The position numbers and the translations under genes were made by a program. From contig CATNEN010000033.1 of the NCBI GenBank assembly GCA_950097015.1, positions 868,001 to 932,000 of the forward strand: DNA of 64,000 nucleotides. The letters are read 5' to 3'. The notes under the pieces were generated by a model. It ran no database searches. It was not told the origin of the DNA and was given only the letters and a program-made list of their open reading frames with translations. Each line of letters begins with the position of its first letter. Position 1 is the stretch's first letter. Below, in pieces: positions 55,133 to 64,000 of the stretch. The DNA is from Macrostomum hystrix (lineage: Eukaryota; Animalia; Platyhelminthes).

Positions 55133-56348
55133 GCTGTCGTCAGGCTGACAGAGCGGGATATAGAATGTCAGTTACCATCGCATAGCAACGAAGGGATCTA
55201 ACTTGGACTCGGGAAGGTTTCCCTGTCGCATAGCAACGAGAGGATTTACCTTGGCAAACGGTTAGGCTATCTCTCGCAAAGCAAGGGATTTCCTTGTATA
55301 TTGAAGTGCGTCAGTTTATTCAGTTGTGAATTGAGTACGAGCATTAATTAGGGCAGCTAGTTCCCTGGTCCACGAACTGAACACCGGGATTATAATTGTA
55401 GTTTTCGCTTTCGCTTCCTGCTTATGGCAAAAACCATGAGTGTTGTCATCAGAAAAAGTCTGTGCCAGCCAGTGTCATGCTTTCGTAACTGTATCCCTGT
55501 TTTAATTCTTCCTTTCGTCGACCCTACTTCGACTTTAGTTTACGATTGGTTTCGCTTTAAAAATGCAAACATACGAGGGTCAGTATTTGGGCTACCGCTT
55601 GAAAAAAATCTATTTTGAAAGTTTATAAAGACTTCTTTTAAAGTAAATGCTGCACATTTTTTAATTTCTGTATGAAACGGATGAGGAAATTTCTTCAGGA
55701 TAAATGGCCTTTGAGTAGCGGCTCTTAACTCCCAACTGCTTGGGACAGCAATAGACTGGGCGGCCCAGGAAGCCAGCGAGAGGGCGGAGAGACCGAGAAA
55801 TTGGGATCTGGGAATGGATCCCCATTGCACACTGAAGGTCTGCTGGGGGAAAGGGGTGGCCGTTTTGAAACGGAGGCATTCGGTAACATTCTGCTAAGCC
55901 AAATTTGCATGCGACCGCTACTAGAAAGGATTGACAGAGCCGGCAAAGGGAGACGGAGAGGAGGAAGGCGATCATCTTCTCCTGGTTTCTAGGAATTCAG
56001 GAGCAGAAATTAGGCTGCAAACTGGGTCCCGCCCTCAAACCCCAGCATTTCTTGAGCTGATTCTAGCCAGGGGGCGGGCGGGAACAGGAAGAGCCAAGAC
56101 CGGCTCCCTCTTGATTAATAATTCAAAGGCGCAGCCACTTTGACTCCTGCTTTCTGCGATGTTTTCGAAGCAGAGGACTTCAAGACGTTTTCCCAACATT
56201 TCAAACTGATACCAGGTCAAAGGCTTTCAGCAACATTCAGACTATATTGTGTTGAAGCTCTTCATTTCTCAACGGATCTGCCATGTCAATTGAAACTCTT
56301 TTTAAACTCCTGTCAGCGGCTCCTTGTCCGAAATTGAGTTTATTGATC

Positions 56349-56965
56349 TGATCCCAGATCGTAGATCCCAGATCGTAGATCCCAGATCGTAGATCCCAGA
56401 TCGTAGATCCCAGATCGTAGATCCCAGATCGTAGATCCCAGATCGTAGATCCCAGATCGTAGATCCCAGATCGTAGATCCCAGATCGTAGATCCCAGATC
56501 GTAGATCCCAGATCGTAGATCCCAGATCGTAGATCCCAGATCGTAGATCCCAGATCGTAGATCCCAGATCGTAGATCCCAGATCGTAGATCCCAGATCGT
56601 AGATCCCAGATCGTAGATCCCAGATCGTAGATCCCAGATCGTAGATCCCAGATCGTAGATCCCAGATCGTAGATCCCAGATCGTAGATCCCAGATCGTAG
56701 ATCCCAGATCGTAGATCCCAGATCGTAGATCCCAGATCGTAGATCCCAGATCGTAGATCCCAGATCGTAGATCCCAGATCGTAGATCCCAGATCGTAGAT
56801 CCCAGATCGTAGATCCCAGATCGTAGATCCCAGATCGTAGATCCCAGATCGTAGATCCCAGATCGTAGATCCCAGATCGTAGATCCCAGATCGTAGATCC
56901 CAGATCGTAGATCCCAGATCGTAGATCCCAGATCGTAGATCCCAGATCGTAGATCCCAGATCGTA
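56349..56965 (+). repeat. perfect 14-bp minisatellite (GATCCCAGATCGTA), ~44 copies
   Basis: No unit variation visible. Confidence 0.98.
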
Positions 56966-57813
56966 GCAGCATTGCTCGCTTGCAGCATTCACATATATTT
57001 TCCCAAATCCCAAACTGACTCTTCACATACATTTACAATTGGTTTCTCGCTCTTCTGATCCTAATTCAATTTCCTCCCATATAAGTCGGCACCGATGTTG
57101 ATGGTGCTTATTATCTCAGTGGCACAAGTCTACCCTTCTATGCCAGCAATCACCCAAACCTGTCTAAATTGACCATTTACTTAGCCAAGCAGAACACTGC
57201 TGGCAGCTGGCATGTCATTGGCCAAATGTACTGATTGATTGGCACAAAAAGGCTGCCAATTGGCCTAACTGTATTGTCGATGGTACAGCAGTCGGGCCTT
57301 AGAGAACGAAACCTTTGAGAGAAGATTAGGATCAGGAATTAGCCTACTTATACTATTGGCAAACACTCATAGACTGTGTACTTTTGTTTGCTAATTGGTC
57401 GGGGCAATGAGCACATCTTGACCTGCAACTATCTGTGCGGATAGCGCTGGCCTGGGCATACTAATCAGTTAATTTCCCTAATCAGCAGATGGGATAATGA
57501 CAGGTGATGCGCGAGTGTCTTTGTAAAGAAGTAATAAGGAAATCGGTTCGCACTGTAAAATGAGTGAAAGGCGGTTGTTAAATAATAAAGCATTTCTTAT
57601 GCTTTCTTATAATGTGGGGAAGGATTTGAGGGGAGAGGAAAGAGGGGAGAGGAAAAATGAGAGAGGAAAGAGGGGAGAGGAAATAGGGGAGAGGACAGGG
57701 ATTAAAAATGAAAAAAATGGGGACTAGAAAGCTTCCTGTCTGGCACTTCTATCCCAGGGGCGGCTTAGATACAATCTTGTCAGCTTAGCGAAGCTGCTCA
57801 TATTTGTCCTCAC

Positions 57814-60800
57814 CCCAGCTAGAGAACAAGCAACAAAACGCAACAAGCAGAGCGCTTCGATTTTTATCGCAATCCTAAGGTGGGATCTGGGAATTGGATT
57901 AACCTGAGGGATCGCTCTTATCGCCGAGGAAGTGATGGCCAGATTTTCACACAGCTGCTTCTAACCCAGTGTGCGTGCCGACTTCCCATCCCTTAAAAAT
58001 TGCCTACAACTTTCGTGAGCTGCCTGAGAACTGCTTTATCAGCCATTGCCACAGCCTCACATCCTAGCTCCACCGACTTCTCCTCGCCCCTCTCTCTCTC
58101 CCTCTCTATCTCTCTCCCTCATTCTCTCCCTCTTTCTCTCCCTCTCCTTCTCCCTCTGTCTCTCCCTCATTCTCTCCCTCTGTCTCTCCCTCATTCTCTC
58201 CCTCTGTCTCTCCCTCTGTCTCTCCCTCTCCTTCTCCCTCTGTCTCTCGCTCATTCTCTCCCTCTGTCTCTCCCTCATTCTCTCCCTCTGTCTCTCCCTC
58301 TCCATCTCCCTCTGTCTCTCCCTCTCCTTCTCCCTCTGTTTCTCCCTCATTCTCTCCCTCTGTCTCTCCCTCTGTCTCTCCCTCTGTCTCTCCCTCTCCT
58401 TCTCCCTCTGTCTCTCCCTCATTCTCTCCCTCTGTCTCTCCCTCTCCTTCTCCCTCTGTCTCTCCCTCATTCTCTCCCTCTGTCTCTCCCTCTGTCTCTC
58501 CCTCTGTCTCTCCCTCTCCTTCTCCCTCTGTCTCTCCCTCATTCTCTCCCTCTGTCTCTCCCTCTCCTTCTCCCTCTGTCTCTCCCTCATTCTCTCCCTC
58601 TGTCTCTCCCTCATTCTCTCCCTCTGTCTCTCCCTCTCCTTCTCCCTCTGTCTCTCCCTCATTCTCTCCCTCTGTCTCTCCCTCTCCTTCTCCCTCTGTC
58701 TCTCCCTCATTCTCTCCCTCTGTCTCTCCCTCATTCTCTCCCTCTGTCTCTCCCTCTCCTTCTCCCTCTGTCTCTCCCTCTCCTTCTCCCTCTGTCTCTC
58801 CCTCTCCTTCTCCCTCTGTCTCTCCCTCTGTCTCTCCCTCTGTCTCTCCCTCTCCTTCTCCCTCTGTCTCTCCCTCTCCTTCTCCCTCTGTCTCTCCCTC
58901 ATTCTCTCCCTCTGTCTCTCCCTCTCCTTCTCTCCAGCCGCAGCCACAGAACAGTCAGCAATCATCGAATCCCAGCCGCAGCCACAGAACAGTCAGCAAT
59001 CATCGAATCCCGCCTTGGGAGGGAATTAAGCCGAATCGCTCCAAATTGAGATCTCGTGTTGCAGCTCGATTTAGAGAGAGAGACAGTAACTTGCTGTAAA
59101 TCGAAATTTTCTCATTCTCTACCAAGAAGAGTTGTATTACTGGCCCCTCTACCGTTCTGTCGCCCGGTACTCTGGCAAGCGTCTGGTATTTTGAGGGAAA
59201 AAAGGCCTCACTAGCAGCATTTCAGTTCGGACCGCGGAGAAGGCGGGTGGCGCTGATGAAACCCCTGAGAGTTCGGCGGGCTTCAGTTCCAATGGGCGAG
59301 GGTAGAATGAGCGAGAGGAGAAAACTGACAGACAGTTTGAGCAGGGTCTTTGGTCACGCGGAGTCGTGGGCTACAAAATCAAGTAAGAGCTGGGAGTGAC
59401 ATTGCACTTTGCTGGCTGAAAACTTTTCCCATTGGGAATTCGACTTTAACTGCTAGCGGGGAAAATTTGTCCCAAGAGTCTGACCCAGTATCTCCCAATC
59501 CATTTTGCGAGGGAACTAAATTTATAATAAAAACTCACCTTTTAGAGATCGAAGTGATTCGGCGTGGCAACTGGAAGAAATCTTGTTTTGTTTTATTCTA
59601 ACCACACAGGGGCGGATAAGAATTGGCAAAGCTTGGGAACTCACAGCAAACACAGCGACAGAAGGTACAGCAGCTGAGGATATAGAAGCAGAGCACAGGG
59701 CACAGGGGAAGGAGGACAGAAGTCCTTCACCCCAATGGCACCCGCACTGAGATAAGGCGAGGGTAGCCGGCAGAAACAGGCCCACCAGTCAGCTGCTTGT
59801 AAACCAACCCCACTACATTTGCAGGCGGCCAATCCCTGGATCCGCTATAATGTTATTCCCAAAAAATTCCAGCACGACTGTGCCCCCCTGTTGTCTGTCT
59901 GTAGGCGCCTATCCAATTCCTTCCCAGTTCATTCTCCTCTGTCCCTTCATAGCTACCAGTTTTGCTGCTTTTCTAGTTTGAAGCCACGGAGCTCAGAGTG
60001 AATGGAAAACTAGGCATGAGGCTGTGGTTGGTCCATAGACAAAGGGAATATGCTCAAGGGGGGAGAGTTAGAATGGGGAATATTTGCGATGCAACTTTTC
60101 CCAATCTCCCATGGAATTGGTAAGGGGTATGAAAAAGTTCTATATTGACTATAACTCTAGGCCTAAATTAGTTTCCTGATCACCTGAAAATTTACCCTGA
60201 ACTCATCCTTCGTCACCTGAACTCTTCCTGATCATCGCCTGAACTCTTCCTGATCATCGCCTGAACTCTTCCTGATCTTCGCCTGAATTCTTCCTGTTCG
60301 TCACCTGAACTCTTTCTGATCGTTGCCTGAACTCTTCGTGATCGTCGCCTGAACTCTTCCTGATCGTCGCCTGAACTCTTTCTTATCGTAACCTGAACTC
60401 TTCCTGATCGTTGCCTGAACTCTTCCTGATCGTCGCCTGAACTCTTCCTGATCGTTGCCTGAACTCTTCCTGATCGTCGCCTGAACTCTTCCTGATCGTT
60501 GCCTGAACTATTCCTGATCGTTGCCTGAACTATTCCTTCGTCACCTTAGATTTCATCCTGTACTTTCATTCTGAAATCTTCATTTATCACCTGAACTTTC
60601 ACCCTGAATTATTAATTTGTCACCTGAACATTTATTCTGAAATCTTCATTTGTTCCCCTGAGCTGAGCTGAATGAGCAGTTGGACAACTACAAGCTTAGA
60701 CTCAAGCCCGGCTGCTTAAATATTTTCATTCAACTAGCTGGTCTACTCAAAATACTCAAACTGGCCCGGGAGCGCGAGAAACGGCATTGCAGGGGGGCTT

Positions 60801-63738
60801 TCTCTGCTGAACAAGCCGGATTAAAGACAGCAGCGAAAGAGTGATAGCGAGAAATGGAAAGCAGGGGAAAACCATGGGAGAATTCGGTAGAGGATAATCG
60901 CAGCTGCGGGCTTCCATGGGATTAGGCTTTGAGCAGCCCTCGCGGGCTTCGCTAAAGTTCAGCTTGAGCACAGAAAGGCTAGATTCATTTTAATCATGTT
61001 CCTACAATTCAAAATCTTGTGAATTTGTAGATTTGCAGATTGTTAATATGTAAAATCTGTAGATTGTGAATATGCAAATCTGTAGATTGTGAATATGTAA
61101 ATCTGTAGATTGTGAATATGTAAATCTGTAGATTGTGAATATGTAAATCTGTAGATTGTGAATTTGTAAATCTGTAGATTGTGAATTTGTAAATCTGTAG
61201 ATGGTGAATTTGTAAATCTGTAGATTGTGAATATGTAAATCTGTAGATTGTGAATATGTAAATCTGTAGATTGTGAATATGTAAATCTGTAGATTGTGAA
61301 TATGTAAATCTGTAGATTGTGAATATGTAAATCTGTAGATTGTGAATATGTAGATCTGTAGATTGTGAATATGTAAATCTGTAGATTGTGAATATGTAAA
61401 TCTGTAGATTGTGAATTTGTAAATCTGTAGATTGTGAATTTGTAAATCTGTAGATGGTGAATTTGTAAATCTGTAGATGGTGAATATGTAAATCTGTAGA
61501 TTGTGAATATGTAAATCTGTAGATTGTTAATATGTAAATCTGTAGATTGTGAATATGTAAATCTGTAGATTGTGAATATGTAAATCTGTAGATTGTGAAT
61601 TTCTAAATCTGTAGATTGTGAATTTCTAAATCTGTAGATGGTGAATATGTAAATCTGTAGATAGTGAATATGTAAATCTGTAGATGGTGAATATGTAAAT
61701 CTGTAGATTGTGAATATGTAAATCTGTAGATTGTTAATTTGCAAATCTGTAGATGGTGAATATGTAGATCTGCAGATGGTGAATTTGTAGATCTGCAAAT
61801 TGTTAATATGTAAATCTGTAGATGGTGAATTTGTATATCTGCAGATTGTGAATATGTAAATCTGTAGATGGTGAATTTGTAGATCTGCAGATTGTGAATA
61901 TGTAAATCTGTAGATCGTGAAAATGTAAATCTGTAGATTGTGAATTTGTAGATCTGCAGATTGTGAATTTGTAAATCTGTAGATTGTGAATTTGCAAATC
62001 TGTAGATTGTGAATATGCAAATCTGTAGATTGTGAATATGTAAATCTGTAGATCGTGAAAATGTAAATCTGTAGATTGTGAATTTGTAGATCTGCAGATT
62101 GTGAATATGCAAATCTGTAGATGGTGAATATGAAAATCTGTAGATTGCGAATTTGTAGATTTGTAGATATTTACCAAGTATATATGTACGTCTACCATCT
62201 ATGTACCATATGTATTGTATATAGATGCATAGATATTTAATTAATGAATAGATCCTATCCGTAAATTTTTATTAGTACGAGCCGTAGATCAACAGATTGC
62301 AAAGCAGTAGATTTGTTATCTTAGCATTTTAATCTGTTACTCGTAATTGTTAATCTATCTCTACATTACGCTCGCATTAACTTTTTTAGCGTATGTACAA
62401 CTCTCGCGTAAATGAAAAATAAAACATATAGAGAAATACAGAGAAATCCACTTTGAATTGTTCCTAGTGTATATAATTAATCACTACTATTTGTAGTTTT
62501 GCAAACTATGACAATTATTATTTCACACCTCCTAAGTTTTGGCTATTCGGAACAATGGCCAATTTTTGAGAGAAAAAGCGAAATTATTTAAATTACGGGT
62601 GTTTAATCGCATGAATCATGTCCTATGAATTATTCTATACTAAATAAATATTGCGTTCGTAATTACTGCACAGAGAATCAGAACAAGAATTGGATTAAAA
62701 AAAGACTTGGCTAAACATCTTCAACATGCATAAGATTATTACTCGTATTTGCGCCAGAAGAAGCGTGGTTTTGGTCTCGCGTGCTTTAAAGAAACCTTCG
62801 ATAGGACCAGCCAATCAGTGACGAGATAAAATTAGACAGAAAAGTTACAACCATATAGCGATGGGCTATACACTAATAACGATCCCCAGACCAACCAATC
62901 AGAGACGGAGAAGGGTTAGAGCTACACAAAGGGTTAGATAATAGCAAAGATACAGCCGCGGTGGTGCAGCCAAAAATAAAATAAGGCAGCGCTCACACAC
63001 TGATAAATGATTTAATTATACGAAAATTCGATACACAGATAAAATTTGCCGAATCAATATTAATTTTACAAAAATTGAAAGGGTCAAACTAGCAATTGGA
63101 CTTAAAAAAGCCAATCGGAAAACACTCAGATAGATTTACCCCAGCCTAAGATGTAACCCTCGATGTAGAAAGATAGTCTTTCTTTATCAGCTTATAGGAC
63201 TCCACTCTCGAGAGACAGATCTGACAGCCAATCAAAAATTAGAGAAGGGTAGAAGGGAAATAAGGGGATCCGACAGCCAATCAGACCAACGCTCCCTGGA
63301 GCAGATAGAGAGAATCGCGCGTGGTGGCCAATATTCCAATTGACTCTTCCTGGTGCTGCTGCTGCTGTTGTTTTTCAGGGCTTCCATGAGCAGCAGCTGG
63401 GCAGCAGCAAAGGCTGGTGAAGAACTGACCACCGTCGGACACCGGATGGGTTAGGGCAGTGCAGGCCAGCTGCTGTTTCTGGGCAAGGCAGAGGCAGAGG
63501 ATGTTGCCCTGCTCCCTGCTCAGCATCAGCAGCCGCTCCGGCTGGTTGGCGCCGGTTGATGATGGCACGGCCAGGAGGCGGCCGGGCCTGACCCGGTCCA
63601 GCTTCCAGCTGCTGACCTTCAGCCAGGATTTTGCGCTCGGCGGCGGCTGCTGGGGTTCCTGCGAGTTCAATGTGCAGATGGCAGCAAGCATATTACTCAA
63701 TGCTTCATTTTCATAATACCGCACTGCTTTTTTGGAAT
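57814..63738 (-). CDS. putative uncharacterised many-exon gene (boundaries uncertain)
   Basis: Coding-like exon 63738-~63285 (...WLKVSSWKLDRVRPGRLLAV...ILATTRDSLYLLQG). Phase-consistent chain 59844-59645, 59570-59539, 59324-59212, 59182-59123, 59093-..., ...-58008, 57957-57904, 57874-57814. The connection between 63.3 kb and 59.8 kb is unresolved. Confidence 0.45.
58085..58935 (+). repeat. CT-rich 12-bp-based array (CTCTCCCTCTGT / CTCATT / CTCCTT variants)
   Basis: Tandem units, followed by a 38-bp direct duplication at ~58935-59010. Confidence 0.95.
60195..60550 (+). repeat. 22-bp minisatellite (CCTGAACTCTTCCTGATCGTCG), ~15 copies
   Basis: Tandem units. Confidence 0.93.
61020..62165 (+). 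repeat. 23-bp minisatellite (TGTAGATTGTGAATATGTAAATC), ~50 copies
   Basis: Tandem units; source of the spurious minus-strand ORFs. Confidence 0.97.
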
Positions 63739-64000
63739 CTGTTCAGCGATTGGGTCGGCATATTAAAGTTCCCAAAGCCTGACGTATACAGCTGTCATTT
63801 TTTTGTATGTCTGATGATGAACTAGCAATAAAAACATAATTTATTAACATCGGTGATTCTTTCTTATCTATATTTTTAATTATAAACTTCTAATCGCCAA
63901 GGGTAATTTTTCTCCCTTTGTTTTCTCATTGGTTAAAAAAGATAACGTGCGCTACTCATAGTAGAGGAATTGTCCACATGTCGTCTAATTTTGTTAATTT

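Noticed and set aside
59645-63724. Assignment of the minus-strand gene to FANCB, VPS18 or another beta-propeller family
   Set aside because: Only 4-6 residue resemblances (IGVKDF..ALLLY; ILATTRDSLY), which is insufficient without a profile search.

Overview
Eukaryotic (metazoan) genomic DNA with spliceosomal GT-AG introns and the standard code. The GC/Ala/Gln-rich exons and minisatellite-filled introns resemble the flatworm Macrostomum lignano, but this is an inference. Recognisable genes: a dopamine-transporter-type SLC6 gene (+, ~22.6/26.0-40.9 kb, one apparent +1 frameshift), a PIERCE1/C9orf116 ciliary microtubule-inner-protein gene (+, 11.9-12.3 kb), a SPATA2/Tamozhennic-like PUB-domain gene (-, 8.7-9.7 kb), and a NAXE/YjeF_N-family gene (-, 49.5-55.1 kb) with altered active-site motifs. 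Unassigned genes: a 4-exon orphan (4.8-6.2 kb), a coiled-coil gene (13.0-15.4 kb) possibly continuing to ~20 kb, a small membrane protein (42.7-43.7 kb), and a many-exon minus-strand gene (~57.8-63.7 kb). Mobile DNA: a full-length but inactivated Mutator (MULE) element with TIRs and an 8-bp TSD, a 5'-truncated RNase-H-type LINE, a tRNA-headed SINE family (3-4 copies), and a weak IS630/Tc1-like relic. About 30 distinct tandem-repeat arrays are present and produce most of the long ORFs in the supplied track, which are treated as non-coding. The most interesting observations are the probable YjeF_N pseudoenzyme, phase-consistent 29-35 nt micro-introns (three of exactly 29 nt), a GA array that may be a coding E/R single-alpha-helix insert, and the array-filled introns of the DAT gene. 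All exon models were built by eye and need RNA-seq confirmation.
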